This document shows, one piece after another, positions 1 to 10,055 of a DNA stretch of 32,000 nt (its first letter is position 1; each line of letters starts with the position of its first letter). The DNA comes from Chlamydiota bacterium (lineage in GTDB: Bacteria > Auribacterota > JACPWU01): the NCBI GenBank assembly GCA_016196885.1, contig JACPWU010000020.1:30001-62000 (forward strand). Reading direction: 5' to 3'. The notes beneath the pieces are model-generated. The model was not told where the DNA came from and made no database searches. It saw only the letters and a program-made list of their open reading frames with translations. The position numbers and the translations under genes are program-made.

Positions 1-170
1 CCAAGAAGGACACTCGATCTTTCAGGTTTGAGCATTGCAAATTGTCCGGGGAAGGCCCCTCGAGCCATTTCTGCGGTTTGGAGGGAAAGAATAAAAAATT
101 TGTCCGCTATTTTTTCATTTTTTAAAACAGGAAGTGTCTGATAAAAAATCAAGTCGGGAATCTTTCCCAT
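1..170 (-). CDS. pyrK: dihydroorotate dehydrogenase electron-transfer subunit (PyrK-like), N-terminal fragment running off the window
   Basis: My own translation from ATG at 170 (ORF too short for the track) gives MGKIPDLIFYQTLPVLKNEKIADKFFILSLQTAEMARGAFPGQFAMLKPERSSVLL. The IAD..F.L.L....A.PGQF..LK pattern is typical of PyrK N-termini. Its position directly downstream of carB matches the Bacillus-type pyr operon order. Confidence 0.5.
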   Translation of the reverse strand, partial: MGKIPDLIFYQTLPVLKNEKIADKFFILSLQTAEMARGAFPGQFAMLKPERSSVLL

Positions 171-205
171 TTTTTAAGAACCTCTCTATTACGTGGTTAT
201 AGCAA

Positions 206-249
206 TAACCCACCTCACCCCGCTTATTTAAGGGGGGAACGGGGGATTA
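206..249. repeat. GC-rich palindromic element, degenerate copy (G1)
   Basis: TAACCCACCTCACCCCGCTTATTTAAGGGGGGAACGGGGGATTA has the same TAAC...hairpin(CCCC..TTA TTT AAGGGG)...GATTA layout as the other copies. It lies in the carB-pyrK spacer. Confidence 0.5.
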
Positions 250-275
250 CCTTTCTATAGCCTTCTAACCTTGCA

Positions 276-3200
276 CTATACTTGAAGAGGGGCCTGATGT
301 CTTTTTTTCCCCTCTTGATGAAACTCTTGAAGAGAGCGCACTCGAAGCCCCTTTCCCAAAATGGCCTCGATGGCATTCACCGTGGCCGAAGCCCCTTGAA
401 GCGTCGTAATAATGGGAATGTTATGCGCGGTGGCCGTCACCCGAATGTGTTTTTCATCCTCTTTTGGGCCCTTGCCTCGAGGGGTATTGATGACAAGATG
501 AATTTCCTGATTTTTCATTAAATCTAAGACATTGGGCCTTCCCTCTTGAATCTTAAAAAGTTCTCGAACCCCAACGCCATTGTTCTTTAAAATTTTTGCG
601 GTCCCCGAAGTCGCAACGATATTAAATCCTAGACTTGCGAGACGTTTCGAAAGATGCACCACGTCTCTCTTGTCCTGATTTTTGACACTGATAAAAACAT
701 TTCCTTTTAAGGGTAATTTTTGCCCTGCGCCAAATTGGGCCTTGGCAAATGCAGTTCCAAAATCGTCATCAATCCCCATCACCTCACCTGTGGATTTCAT
801 CTCGGGCCCAAGCAAAACATCCACCCCCGGAAAACGGGCAAAGGGGAGAACCGCTTCTTTAACGCAGAAATGACTGATTTTAATTTCCTTCGTGAAGCCA
901 AGAGATTTCAAACTTCTCCCGATCATCACCTGGGTGGCTAGCCTTGCAAGCGAAACTCCAATGGCCTTGCTCACAAAAGGCACGGTGCGAGAAGCCCGAG
1001 GATTCACCTCTAACACATAAACCTGGTCATTTTTGATGGCGAACTGAATATTCATGAGGCCAATGACTTTCAAGCCCTTGGCCAATTGATGCGTGATGTC
1101 GCGGATTTCTTCCATCAAATCATTCGAGAGAGAAAAGGGAGGAATGGCACACGCGCTGTCACCTGAATGAATACCCGCTTCCTCAATGTGTTCCATGATG
1201 GCACCCAGCACCACCGTTTCTCCATCTGAAATAGCATCCACATCCACTTCAATGGCGTCCTCCAAAAATTTATCCACAAGAATGGGCCGCTCAGGAGAGG
1301 CTTCCACGGCTCGATACATATAATCCTTGAGAGTGATTTCATCATAAACCAACTCCATGGCCCGGCCTCCCAGCACATAAGAAGGTCTCACGAGCACGGG
1401 GTAGCTGATTTCGCGAGCGACCTCGATTGCCTCATCTACACTCACGGCCGTCCCACTGGGGGGCTGGAGCAAATTCAATTTTTCAATCAACTCCTTAAAA
1501 AGTTTTCGATCCTCTGCAATGTCAATGCTCTCAGGAGAAGTCCCGATGATTTTCGCGCCTTCACGATGAAGTCCCCACGCCAAATTCAACGGCGTCTGAC
1601 CGCCAAATTGCACAATCACCCCATCGCATGCTTCTTTTTCGTAAATGGCCATGACATCTTCCAAGGTCAAGGGCTCAAAATAAAGTTTGTCCGAGGTATC
1701 ATAATCCGTGCTCACCGTTTCAGGATTTGAATTCACCATGATGGTTTCATATCCTTCTTCCTTGAGCGCAAAAGCCGCATGGACACAGCAATAGTCAAAT
1801 TCTATTCCCTGCCCGATGCGATTGGGCCCTCCACCCAGAATCATGACTTTCTTCTTTTTCACTTGAGGATGAATCTCATCCTCTAGTTCATAAGACGAAT
1901 AATAATAGGGCGTATAGGCCTCAAATTCAGCCGCACAGGTATCTACCAATTTATACGAGGGTTTGACGCCCAGCGCTTTTCGAGATTTTCTGACATCGTC
2001 CTCAGGGGTATTAAAAAGATGCGCCAATTGGGCATCTGAAAATCCATAGCTTTTGATTTGAAAAAGTTCTTTTGCGGTGAGGCTAGAAAACCGATTTTTT
2101 TCGCGCCCCATTTCTTTTAATTGATTTCCAAATTTTACAATCTCTTCCATTTGCGCGAGAAACCAGGGATCTATTTTGGTGAGGTCCTGAATCTCTGAAA
2201 CACTCATCCCTTTTTCAAAAGCGGATTTAATCAGGAAAATACGATTGGCGTTCCCAACGATAAGCCCCTGACGAATTTCCTCGAGAGGGCATTCACGGTC
2301 CTTGGGATCAAAGCCAAGGCCTTTTCGCCCTATTTCTAAAGATCTCAGAGCCTTTTGCAAGGCCTCTTTAAAAGTACGGCCAATGGCCATGGCCTCTCCC
2401 ACCGACTTCATTTGGGTCGTAAGCGTCTGATCCGCCCCTGGAAACTTTTCAAAGGCAAATCTTGGAATTTTGACCACACAGTAATCGATCGTAGGCTCGA
2501 AACACGCAGGCGTTTCACGCGTGATATCATTTGAAATTTCATCGAGGGTATAGCCAACCGCCAATTTTGCCGCGATCTTCGCAATCGGAAAACCTGTGGC
2601 CTTGGAGGCCAAGGCAGAACTTCTTGAAACTCGAGGATTCATCTCAATGGCGAGCATTCTGCCCGTTTTGGGATCCAGCGCAAATTGAATATTCGATCCC
2701 CCCGTTTCAACACCAATTTCGCGAATGACTGCGATCGCCGCGTTGCGCATTTTCTGATACTCCTTGTCTGTGAGCGTCTGAATGGGTGCAACGGTGATGC
2801 TGTCTCCTGTATGAATGCCCATGGGATCGAAATTTTCAATGGAACAGATAATCACGACATTGTCATTTTTGTCCCGCATCACTTCCAGTTCAAATTCTTT
2901 CCAACCCATCACAGATTCTTCAATCAAAATTTGACTGATAGGGCTGTATTCCAATCCTCGCGCCGCAATGGTTTCAAACTCTTCAAAGTTATAGGCAATG
3001 CCTCCTCCGCTGCCGCCCAAGGTAAAGCTCGGACGAATGATGAGAGGCATCGAAGCAATTTGGCGGGCGACCACCCGAGCATCTTCTATGGTTCGAGCAA
3101 AACCAGAATGCGGAACCTCTAAACCAATCTTGAGCATCGCCTCTTTAAAAAGCTCTCGATCCTCTGCCTTTTTAATCGCCCCTTGATGAGCCCCGATCAT

Positions 3201-3542
3201 TTCAACACCGTATTTTTTTAAAATGCCGCGATCTGCCACTTCTACCGCAACGTTCAGGGCCGTTTGTCCCCCTAGAGTGGGCAAAAGCGCATCGGGCCTT
3301 TCCTTTTCAATAATTTTTTCCACCACATCCGGTAAAACGGGTTCCACATACGTGCGATCTGCAAATTCAGGATCGGTCATGATGGTAGCCGGATTGGAGT
3401 TGACCAAAACGACCTGGTAGCCATCTTCTCTCAAGGCCTTACAGGCCTGAGTCCCGGAATAATCAAACTCGCAGGCCTGACCAATCACAATCGGCCCGCT
3501 CCCGATGATTAGAATTTTTTTAATGTCCGTACGTTTTGGCAT
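276..3542 (-). CDS. carB: carbamoyl-phosphate synthase large subunit
   Basis: 1088-aa ORF with duplicated ATP-grasp halves ([17 protein letters not shown] and [16 protein letters not shown]) and an MGS-like C-terminal domain. It lies in a pyr operon context. Confidence 0.97.
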   Translation of the reverse strand: MPKRTDIKKILIIGSGPIVIGQACEFDYSGTQACKALREDGYQVVLVNSNPATIMTDPEFADRTYVEPVLPDVVEKIIEKERPDALLPTLGGQTALNVAVEVADRGILKKYGVEMIGAHQGAIKKAEDRELFKEAMLKIGLEVPHSGFARTIEDARVVARQIASMPLIIRPSFTLGGSGGGIAYNFEEFETIAARGLEYSPISQILIEESVMGWKEFELEVMRDKNDNVVIICSIENFDPMGIHTGDSITVAPIQTLTDKEYQKMRNAAIAVIREIGVETGGSNIQFALDPKTGRMLAIEMNPRVSRSSALASKATGFPIAKIAAKLAVGYTLDEISNDITRETPACFEPTIDYCVVKIPRFAFEKFPGADQTLTTQMKSVGEAMAIGRTFKEALQKALRSLEIGRKGLGFDPKDRECPLEEIRQGLIVGNANRIFLIKSAFEKGMSVSEIQDLTKIDPWFLAQMEEIVKFGNQLKEMGREKNRFSSLTAKELFQIKSYGFSDAQLAHLFNTPEDDVRKSRKALGVKPSYKLVDTCAAEFEAYTPYYYSSYELEDEIHPQVKKKKVMILGGGPNRIGQGIEFDYCCVHAAFALKEEGYETIMVNSNPETVSTDYDTSDKLYFEPLTLEDVMAIYEKEACDGVIVQFGGQTPLNLAWGLHREGAKIIGTSPESIDIAEDRKLFKELIEKLNLLQPPSGTAVSVDEAIEVAREISYPVLVRPSYVLGGRAMELVYDEITLKDYMYRAVEASPERPILVDKFLEDAIEVDVDAISDGETVVLGAIMEHIEEAGIHSGDSACAIPPFSLSNDLMEEIRDITHQLAKGLKVIGLMNIQFAIKNDQVYVLEVNPRASRTVPFVSKAIGVSLARLATQVMIGRSLKSLGFTKEIKISHFCVKEAVLPFARFPGVDVLLGPEMKSTGEVMGIDDDFGTAFAKAQFGAGQKLPLKGNVFISVKNQDKRDVVHLSKRLASLGFNIVATSGTAKILKNNGVGVRELFKIQEGRPNVLDLMKNQEIHLVINTPRGKGPKEDEKHIRVTATAHNIPIITTLQGASATVNAIEAILGKGLRVRSLQEFHQEGKKRHQAPLQV

Positions 3543-4236
3543 CGTTAAACCTGTCGTGAGTGGTGAGTGGTGAGTCGTGAGTTAAAAACCCTAAATCCTT
3601 CTCCAAAGGGCAAAGTGAACACAAGGGCTTTTTTCGGCAAAAATCTTTACCGACCTTTACAATGAGTGCATGAAATTCATTGTAGATTTTCAAGCTTTTT
3701 GGCAATGCTTTTTCAAAAATGTTTTTTACATTTTCATAGGATTCATCTTCACGAATAAATCCGTGTCGAGAAAAAATTCTCTTCGTATAGGCATCCACCA
3801 CAAAAGTTTTTTTATCCAGGGCATAGAGCAAAATACTGTCCGCGGTCTCAGGTCCCACTCCATATACCCCTAACAAATCCTTTCTCAAAGAAGCGAGATT
3901 TATTTTTTTGAGCCGAGCGGCCTTTCCTTGCGCCCTTGTCCAAAACCAATCTATCAAGACCTTCAATCTTTTGGCCTTTAAATTAAAATAGCCCGAGGGC
4001 CGGATCCATTGAGACAATTTCTTTAAAGAAAGGGCTCTCAATTTTTTCAGGGATAACACACCCGATTTTTTTAAATTTTGAATCGCTTTTTCAACATTGC
4101 TCCAAGCTGTATTTTGAGTGAGCACCGCCCCCACCATCACCTCCAAGGGGGTTTCCCCTGGCCACCAAGATTGGGGACCTAAACTCTGATAAAGAGTCTT
4201 ATAAATTCTAAACAATTCTTTTTCATTACGAATCAT
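3520..4236 (-). CDS. endonuclease III-related HhH-GPD DNA glycosylase-like protein
   Basis: The helix-hairpin-helix/GPD region is [20 protein letters not shown] followed by [10 protein letters not shown]. The C-terminal Cys cluster reads [16 protein letters not shown]. The last ~18 aa ([21 protein letters not shown]) are read from a heptamer repeat and the carB start region, overlapping carB by 23 nt. Confidence 0.75.
   Translation of the reverse strand: MIRNEKELFRIYKTLYQSLGPQSWWPGETPLEVMVGAVLTQNTAWSNVEKAIQNLKKSGVLSLKKLRALSLKKLSQWIRPSGYFNLKAKRLKVLIDWFWTRAQGKAARLKKINLASLRKDLLGVYGVGPETADSILLYALDKKTFVVDAYTKRIFSRHGFIREDESYENVKNIFEKALPKSLKIYNEFHALIVKVGKDFCRKKPLCSLCPLEKDLGFLTHDSPLTTHDRFNDAKTYGH
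3553..3585. repeat. heptamer word array with GTTAA terminus (E1)
   Basis: GTCGTGA GTGGTGA GTGGTGA GTCGTGA GTTAA. It lies 10 nt upstream of the carB ATG and is translated as the tail of the nth-like ORF. Confidence 0.8.
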
Positions 4237-4255
4237 TGTAATACAAACCCCTTTT

Positions 4256-4346
4256 TAGTTAGAAGTTGGAGGTTAGATGGAAAAACAAAACCCTTGTCCT
4301 ATTTTTAAGCTTTAATCTTCGATCTTCCAACTTCCAACTTCCATCC
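4256..4346. repeat. palindromic heptamer-word element (E2)
   Basis: The left arm is GTTAGAA GTTGGAG GTTAGAT (4258-4278) and the right arm is CTTCCAA CTTCCAA CTTCCAT (4324-4344). GAAGTTGGA and TCCAACTTC are complementary. It fills the carA/nth-like spacer. Confidence 0.8.
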
Positions 4347-5414
4347 CATCATCATTTCCCTAAACCTATCAAACAAATACAAAGAATCATGAGGTCCGGG
4401 GCTGGCCTCTGGATGATATTGCACCGAAAAAATGGGAAATTTTTTATGCCTCATACCCTCTACCGTTTGATCGTTTAAATTCACATGTGTCAATTCTACT
4501 TCCTCTGGATTCAAAGAACTCATGTCCACAGCAAAACCATGATTTTGTGAGGTGATCGCCACTTTTCGAGTGACCAAATCCATGACAGGCTGATTTGCCC
4601 CCCGATGACCAAATTTCAATTTATAGGTTTTCCCTCCATAGGCAAGTCCCAAAATTTGATGCCCCAGACAAATTCCAAAAATGGGTAATTTTCCTAAAAG
4701 TTTTTGAACGGTGTGAATGGCATAAGTCACAGCCGCTGGATCACCTGGCCCATTCGATAAAAAGAGGCCGTCCGGGCGATGCTTCATGATTTCATCGGGG
4801 CTCGCCGCTCCTGGAAGCACAGTCACTTGACACCCCGAGGATTCCAGGCAGCGCAAAATATTGGTTTTAATGCCATAATCCATGGCAACGACTTTGAAAG
4901 ACCCTTGCTGATTATAGGTATAAGGTTTCGAGGTCGTGACCCCCTTGACCAAATCTTGTCCAATCATTTTGGGAGCTTGTTTTACTTTTTGAAGCAAACT
5001 TTCTCGATCAAAATCCTTTGTCGAAAGAATCCCCATCATGGCCCCTCGAAGCCGCAAAATACGAGTGATCGCCCTCGTATCCACACCTTCAATGCCAATG
5101 ATATGATTCTTCTTCAGATAATCTTCCAAAGAACCCGTCGCTCGCCAGTTACTCATCACTTGGCTTAATTCTCTCACAATGAAACCTTCTACCTGAGGCA
5201 CCTTTGATTCCAAATCCTCTTCATTGACCCCGTAATTTCCTATCAAAGGATAGGTCATGGTGACCATCTGGCCCTTATAGGAAGGATCCGTCAAAATCTC
5301 TTGATAGCCGGTCATGCTGGTATTAAAAACAACCTCCGCAATCTTTTCTCCTTCGGTACCAAAAGATTTTCCCTCGAAGAAATGACTGTCTTCTAAAACT
5401 AAAATGGATTTCAT
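4305..5414 (-). CDS. carA: carbamoyl-phosphate synthase small (glutaminase) subunit
   Basis: 369 aa with a CPSase small-chain N-domain plus a class-I amidotransferase (GICLGHQ, ...QYHPEA). The C-terminal [13 protein letters not shown] is encoded by the repeat arm CTTCCAA x3. Confidence 0.95.
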   Translation of the reverse strand: MKSILVLEDSHFFEGKSFGTEGEKIAEVVFNTSMTGYQEILTDPSYKGQMVTMTYPLIGNYGVNEEDLESKVPQVEGFIVRELSQVMSNWRATGSLEDYLKKNHIIGIEGVDTRAITRILRLRGAMMGILSTKDFDRESLLQKVKQAPKMIGQDLVKGVTTSKPYTYNQQGSFKVVAMDYGIKTNILRCLESSGCQVTVLPGAASPDEIMKHRPDGLFLSNGPGDPAAVTYAIHTVQKLLGKLPIFGICLGHQILGLAYGGKTYKLKFGHRGANQPVMDLVTRKVAITSQNHGFAVDMSSLNPEEVELTHVNLNDQTVEGMRHKKFPIFSVQYHPEASPGPHDSLYLFDRFREMMMGWKLEVGRSKIKA

Positions 5415-5429
5415 AATTGCGTTACTATA

Positions 5430-6725
5430 TCATGGTTCTTCAATTTTTCCATCCCTCATCACAACTCTACCCGCCACCACTGTGGCCACAGCTTTTCCTT
5501 TCAACTCTCTCCCATAAAAGGGGGAATTCTTGCTCTTAGACTCAAAAAGCTCCTCCCCCACTTTCCACTCTTTCTCAAGATCCAAAATCGTCACATCACC
5601 TATAGAACCCACAGAAAGTTTTCCTCCCGGAAGATTTAGAATTTGGGCAGGTTTTACAGACATTTTTTCAATCCACTGAGAAAGGGTCAAGACACCCGCA
5701 TGAACGAGATGATGGAGCCCCAAGCCGACGGACGTCTCAAGACCCAAAATTCCAAAAGGAGCCACATCAAACTCCACCTCCTTTTCTACCTCTTGATGAG
5801 GCGCATGGTCTGTTGCAATCACATCTATCGCTCCATCTTTAAGTCCCTCCCGAATGGCCTCAACATCTTTTCGAGTTCCGAGAGGAGGATTCATTTTAAA
5901 TTCTGTCCGGTAAGGCGTTATCTCCTCATCTGAAATCACAAAATAATGAGGAGCCGTTTCGGCGGTAACGGAAATGCCGCTCTTCTTTGCCCAACGAATC
6001 AATTCCACAGAGCCGGCCGTACTGACATGCGCCAAATGAAGAGGTGCACCCGTATATTGACTGATCAAAATGTCTCTGGCCACCATGACCTCCTCTGAAA
6101 TGCTGGGTATTCCCTTGAGCCCGCAGGAAGTTGAAGCATATCCTTCATTCATCACCCCTTCTTGAGAGAGGGCCTTGTCCTCGCAATGATCTATCACCTT
6201 TAAGCCAAACATATTGGCATATTCCATCACACGACGCATCATATAGGCATCCGCAATCGGGGCTCCGTCATCACTGATCGCGACCACCCCTGCTTTTTTC
6301 AATTGCCCAATTTCCGTCATCACCTTACCCTCACGGGCCATCGTAGCCGCTCCGATGGGATAAACGCGAATGAGATTTCCTTCCCTCGCCTTTGCCAAAA
6401 CAAATCCGACCGTTCCGGGTTCGTCTATGGCAGGCTGAGTATTGGGCATGCAGCACACGGCCGTAAAGCCTCCTTTAGCCGCAGACTTCATCCCTGTTAA
6501 AATGGTTTCTTTGTGTTCAAATCCGGGCTCCCTTAAATGCACATGAATATCAATAAATCCGGGAGCCACCACCAGACCTTTTGCATCTAATGTGGGAAGA
6601 GAATCGGCTTGAATATTTTTTGCAATTTTTTGAATGACCCCCTTTTCAATCAAAAGGTCTAACACCTCATCTATTTTTTGAGAGGGATCAATCACACGGC
6701 CGTTCTTAATCAAAAGTGTGCTCAT
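5430..6725 (-). CDS. pyrC: dihydroorotase
   Basis: 431 aa with amidohydrolase metal motifs [10 protein letters not shown] and ATDHAPH. There is a 4-nt ATGA overlap with the pyrB stop. Confidence 0.93.
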   Translation of the reverse strand: MSTLLIKNGRVIDPSQKIDEVLDLLIEKGVIQKIAKNIQADSLPTLDAKGLVVAPGFIDIHVHLREPGFEHKETILTGMKSAAKGGFTAVCCMPNTQPAIDEPGTVGFVLAKAREGNLIRVYPIGAATMAREGKVMTEIGQLKKAGVVAISDDGAPIADAYMMRRVMEYANMFGLKVIDHCEDKALSQEGVMNEGYASTSCGLKGIPSISEEVMVARDILISQYTGAPLHLAHVSTAGSVELIRWAKKSGISVTAETAPHYFVISDEEITPYRTEFKMNPPLGTRKDVEAIREGLKDGAIDVIATDHAPHQEVEKEVEFDVAPFGILGLETSVGLGLHHLVHAGVLTLSQWIEKMSVKPAQILNLPGGKLSVGSIGDVTILDLEKEWKVGEELFESKSKNSPFYGRELKGKAVATVVAGRVVMRDGKIEEP

Positions 6726-7651
6726 CCTTCTCTCCCCCCACCTGCCACGAGAAAAAGAACCGCCATTCGAACCGCCAGTCCATTCGTCACCTGATCTAAA
6801 ATCACAGAGCGGGGGCTGTCCGCCACCTCACTTGCCAATTCGACTCCGCGATTGATCGGCCCTGGGTGCATGATTAAAACATCTGATTTCGCCTTTTGAA
6901 GCCGCCCACGCGTCATTCCAAAAAGTTCTGAATATTCTCTCAAGGAAGGAAATAAATTCTTTTTTTGCCGCTCGCTTTGAATCCTTAAAAACATCAATAC
7001 ATCAGACTGGGGGATCGCATCATCCAAAGAATTGGAAACGGTTACTCCCAATCTTTCGACCCCTCTGGGGATCAGCGTCTGCGGCCCCACCAGATGCACC
7101 TTCATGCCCATTCGAAGCATTCCAAAAATATTAGACCGGGCCACACGGCTGTGAAGAATATCACCGACAATCGTGGCCTTTAAACCCGTGAGAGATCCCC
7201 TCTTCTGTCGAATCGTAAAAAGATCTACCAAGGCTTGAGTTGGATGCTCATGAGAACCATCGCCCGCATTCACCACCGAAGCTTCTAAATATCTTGAGAT
7301 CAAGTGAGGAACCCCCGAGCATTCATGGCGAACAATCATGCAGTCAATTTTAAGCGCTTCCAAATTTCGAACGGTGTCCTTGAGAGATTCCCCCTTTACC
7401 ACACTGCTTGCCGCAATGGTCACATTCAAAGTATCCGCACTGAGACGTTTTGCCGCCAATTCAAAAGAAGTACGCGTCCTCGTACTCGGTTCATAAAAAA
7501 GGGTGGCCACTGTTTTTCCACGGAGCGCAGGCGCCTTTTTGATCGGACGAATCGAGATGTCTTTGAAGGATTCCGCCGTATCCAAAATAGAGACGATCTC
7601 CTCTGGGCTCAAATCTTCTAAACCCAAAAGATGTTTTCGATGCCAGTCCAT
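6722..7651 (-). CDS. pyrB: aspartate carbamoyltransferase catalytic subunit
   Basis: Motifs [13 protein letters not shown] and HPGP are present. I start at ATG 7651 ([14 protein letters not shown]), 2 nt after the pyrR stop. The track ORF's extra 20 aa overlap pyrR and are probably not translated. Confidence 0.93.
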   Translation of the reverse strand: MDWHRKHLLGLEDLSPEEIVSILDTAESFKDISIRPIKKAPALRGKTVATLFYEPSTRTRTSFELAAKRLSADTLNVTIAASSVVKGESLKDTVRNLEALKIDCMIVRHECSGVPHLISRYLEASVVNAGDGSHEHPTQALVDLFTIRQKRGSLTGLKATIVGDILHSRVARSNIFGMLRMGMKVHLVGPQTLIPRGVERLGVTVSNSLDDAIPQSDVLMFLRIQSERQKKNLFPSLREYSELFGMTRGRLQKAKSDVLIMHPGPINRGVELASEVADSPRSVILDQVTNGLAVRMAVLFLVAGGGREG

Positions 7652-7653
7652 GG

Positions 7654-8196
7654 TTAGACCTCTTTCTCTAACAAAACCACTTCGTCTCGACCATCCACCT
7701 CTGTCAAACACACTTGAATTTCTTCTTGAAGAGACGTCGGAATATTTTTCCCCACATAGTCCGGACGGATGGGAAGTTCACGATGCCCCCGATCTATGAG
7801 AACCGCCAATTGAATTCTTTCGGGGCGGCCAAAATCCATCAATTCATCAATCGCTGAGCGAATCGTTCTGCCTGAAAAAAGCACATCATCCACCAAAATG
7901 ACATTTTGATTGTTTAAATCAAATGGAAGCTCCGTCTTCTGAATTTTGATCTCACTGGCCTTTCGATCTAAATCATCCCGATAGAGGGTAATATCCAAAT
8001 ACCCCATGGGAGGGCGAACGCCCTCTACCTTGAACAAATTTTCCTGAAGCCTTTTAGCCAAATGCGTCCCCCGCGTCTGAATCCCGATCAAAACCAGATG
8101 GGACAAATCCTTATTGCGCTCCAGAATCTCATGTGAAATCCGCATCAGTGTCCTATTTAAAACCTGGGCATCCATCACTTTAGATTTTTCGATCAT
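7654..8196 (-). CDS. pyrR: bifunctional pyr operon attenuation regulator / uracil phosphoribosyltransferase PyrR
   Basis: 180 aa with PRPP-binding motif [17 protein letters not shown]. It is the first gene of the pyr operon and is preceded by a PyrR-binding-loop-like leader. Confidence 0.92.
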   Translation of the reverse strand: MIEKSKVMDAQVLNRTLMRISHEILERNKDLSHLVLIGIQTRGTHLAKRLQENLFKVEGVRPPMGYLDITLYRDDLDRKASEIKIQKTELPFDLNNQNVILVDDVLFSGRTIRSAIDELMDFGRPERIQLAVLIDRGHRELPIRPDYVGKNIPTSLQEEIQVCLTEVDGRDEVVLLEKEV

Positions 8197-8218
8197 TTAA
8201 TCAACCCCATTCGGGCAT

Positions 8219-8318
8219 AAAAAAAGCCCGCTCTTTGAAGAAAGATCAGGCTTCGATAAACGAATAAAAGACCTCATTTTTTCTCCCTTTCCAGCCTCAC
8301 AGGACTGGGATTAAAAGG
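8219..8318 (-). promoter_or_regulatory. PyrR-binding attenuator leader (binding loop plus terminator hairpin and U-run)
   Basis: The minus strand reads CUUUUAAUCCCAGUCCUGUGAGGCUGGAAAGGGAG (8284-8318). This resembles the known PyrR binding-loop motif (..AGUCCAGAGAGGCU..AAGG). It is followed by the hairpin AAGCC..UCUUUCUUCAAAGA..GGCUU and a U7 run ending at 8219, 22 nt upstream of the pyrR ATG. Confidence 0.65.
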
Positions 8319-8364
8319 CAACCTTATTCATCGTATCACCTTGAAATATTTTGTCAATCTTTTT

Positions 8365-8393
8365 TTGACCAGCGCTCTCCCCGAGAATAATAT
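8365..8393 (+). promoter_or_regulatory. candidate sigma70-type promoter for higBA
   Basis: TTGACC (8365-8370), 17-nt spacer, TAATAT (8388-8393). Directly downstream are direct repeats AATATCATCA (8405-8414) and GATATCATCA (8418-8427), the latter containing the palindrome TGATATCA, which could act as an operator. Confidence 0.4.
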
Positions 8394-8430
8394 CCCTTTA
8401 CGATAATATCATCATTTGATATCATCAGGT

Positions 8431-8712
8431 ATGATCGAAAGCTTTTCTTGCCCAGAAACTGAAAAAGTGTTTAAGGCTATTGGATCAAGAAAATTGCCCT
8501 GGGACATTCAAAGAACTGCAAGAAGGAAACTCCTCTACATGGATGAAGCTAACGATTTGAGGGATTTGATGGCCCCTCCAGCCAATCGACTTGAAGCTCT
8601 GAAAGGAAATCGAGCAGGGGAGTACAGTATTCGCATCAACGAGCAGTGGCACATCTGTTTCAAATGGGAAAGAGGCAAGGCAAAAGATGTTGAGATCACA
8701 GACTATCATTGA
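8431..8712 (+). CDS. higB: HigB-like (RelE/ParE superfamily) type II toxin
   Basis: MIESFSCPETEKVF...RKLLYMDEANDLRDLMAPPANRLEALKGNRAGEYSIRINEQWHICFKWERGKAKDVEITDYH has the characteristic HigB 'plasmid maintenance system killer' layout ending in ..I.DYH. I start at ATG 8431; the track start at 8416 is a TTG. Confidence 0.85.
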   Translation: MIESFSCPETEKVFKAIGSRKLPWDIQRTARRKLLYMDEANDLRDLMAPPANRLEALKGNRAGEYSIRINEQWHICFKWERGKAKDVEITDYH

Positions 8713-8732
8713 AAATATAAGGACTGAATCAC

Positions 8733-9032
8733 ATGAAAAACAAACTTTCTCCTATCCATCCTGGTGAGACATTGTTGGAAGACTTCATAAAACCTTATGG
8801 CTTAAGTCAATACCGTGTTGCAAAAGACATAGGCGTGACACCCCTGAGAATCAGTCAGATTATTCATGGAAGAAGAGCTGTTACAGCCGATACCGCCATA
8901 CGTTTAGGGCGTTATTTTGGAACGAGCGCTACCGTCTGGCTACGCCTGCAAGCTCGTTTTGACATTGAAATAGCTGAAAAAAAATTATCCCATCGCATTG
9001 ATAGGGAGGTCAAAGTACTAAAAGCAGCATAA
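8733..9032 (+). CDS. higA: HigA-like antitoxin, XRE-family HTH
   Basis: 99 aa. The N-terminus PIHPGETLLEDFIKPYGLSQYRVAKDIGVTPLRISQIIHGRRAVTADTAIRLGRYFGTSATVWLRLQ is a typical HigA HTH. The gene begins 20 nt after higB. Confidence 0.88.
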   Translation: MKNKLSPIHPGETLLEDFIKPYGLSQYRVAKDIGVTPLRISQIIHGRRAVTADTAIRLGRYFGTSATVWLRLQARFDIEIAEKKLSHRIDREVKVLKAA

Positions 9033-9068
9033 GGCATAACCCTCGATTTCTGTGCGTTTAATCAGAGA

Positions 9069-9091
9069 AGCGAGTCGTGTCTCGTTTTTTT
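9069..9091 (+). terminator. candidate intrinsic terminator of higBA
   Basis: Short hairpin AGCGAG-TCGTGT-CTCGTT followed by a T7 run. The stem is short, so this is weak. Confidence 0.4.
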
Positions 9092-9113
9092 CCTCCCTCA
9101 AACTCCTCTCCTA

Positions 9114-10055
9114 TCACACCACACTAGAATCTTTCAACCTCTCAACGGCTTTCTTCATATCCTCCGGCATGGGTGCTGTAAAAAGCATCCATTCGTTTTT
9201 AACGGGGTGGGTGATACCGATCTGGGCTGCGTGCAGCATTTGTCTAGAAATCCCTATTTTTTCTGAAAGTTCTTTTCCTCTCTTACCATATCCTTCATCC
9301 CCCAAAACGGGATGGCCTAAATGAGCCATGTGGACACGAATTTGATGGGTTCGCCCTGTTTTTAAAAACACCTTCACCAAGGTCGCCTCATTGAATTTTT
9401 CGACCACTTCAAAAGTGGTGTGTGCAGATTTTCCAGTAGGGATAACCGCCATTTTCTTCCGGTCCACAGGGTGGCGGCCAATGGCCAATTCTAATTCTCC
9501 CTTCAAACTTCTCATTTTTCCCCAAACCAAAGCTAAGTATTGCTTCATCACCTTTCTTTTTTCAAATTGGACTCCGACCTTTCTCAATCCTTCCTCTCTT
9601 TTGGCAACGATGAGACACCCAGAGGTATCTTTATCGAGACGATGTACAATCCCAGGTCTTAAGGGATCATCTGTTGTGGCCAACTGCTGACAATGATGCA
9701 AAATCGCATTCACCAAGGTATGCTCACGATGCCCCGGAGCCGGATGAACCACAAGACCCGGCTGCTTGTTAATCACTAAAATATCTTCATCTTCATAGAG
9801 CACCTCCAGAGGAATATCTTCTGGCAACAATTCTATTTTTTTTGGAACAGGGATACAAACTTCAACCCCTTGCCCTGGCTTCACTAAAAAATGGGCTTTG
9901 CGTAATTTTCCATCAATGAGAACATGGCCTTCTTTGATCAAGGATTGAATTTGTGTTCTGGACATCTTAGGAAATTTTTCAACCAGATAAAGATCGAGAC
10001 GCTTGTCGAAATCCGCAGGATCTACCCGAACCGTCTTAACGATTTCTTCTGACAT
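9114..10055 (-). CDS. rluD: RluA-family 23S rRNA pseudouridine synthase (RluD-like) with S4 domain
   Basis: 313 aa with an N-terminal S4-like region (RLDLYL..., VLIDGK) and the catalytic motif HRLDKDTSG. Confidence 0.9.
   Translation of the reverse strand: MSEEIVKTVRVDPADFDKRLDLYLVEKFPKMSRTQIQSLIKEGHVLIDGKLRKAHFLVKPGQGVEVCIPVPKKIELLPEDIPLEVLYEDEDILVINKQPGLVVHPAPGHREHTLVNAILHHCQQLATTDDPLRPGIVHRLDKDTSGCLIVAKREEGLRKVGVQFEKRKVMKQYLALVWGKMRSLKGELELAIGRHPVDRKKMAVIPTGKSAHTTFEVVEKFNEATLVKVFLKTGRTHQIRVHMAHLGHPVLGDEGYGKRGKELSEKIGISRQMLHAAQIGITHPVKNEWMLFTAPMPEDMKKAVERLKDSSVV

Noticed and set aside
282-3420. Numerous 60-145 aa plus-strand ORFs antisense to carB, and likewise inside ileS, purH, purL, purD and others
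   Set aside because: They are fully embedded antisense to long, clearly conserved genes and have low-complexity or Arg/Ser/Pro-rich composition. They show no start context. They are typical shadow ORFs.
9052-9324. Plus-strand 90-aa ORF downstream of higA
   Set aside because: It overlaps the 3' end of rluD antisense and starts inside the higBA terminator region. It has no recognisable domain and a hydrophobic low-complexity sequence.
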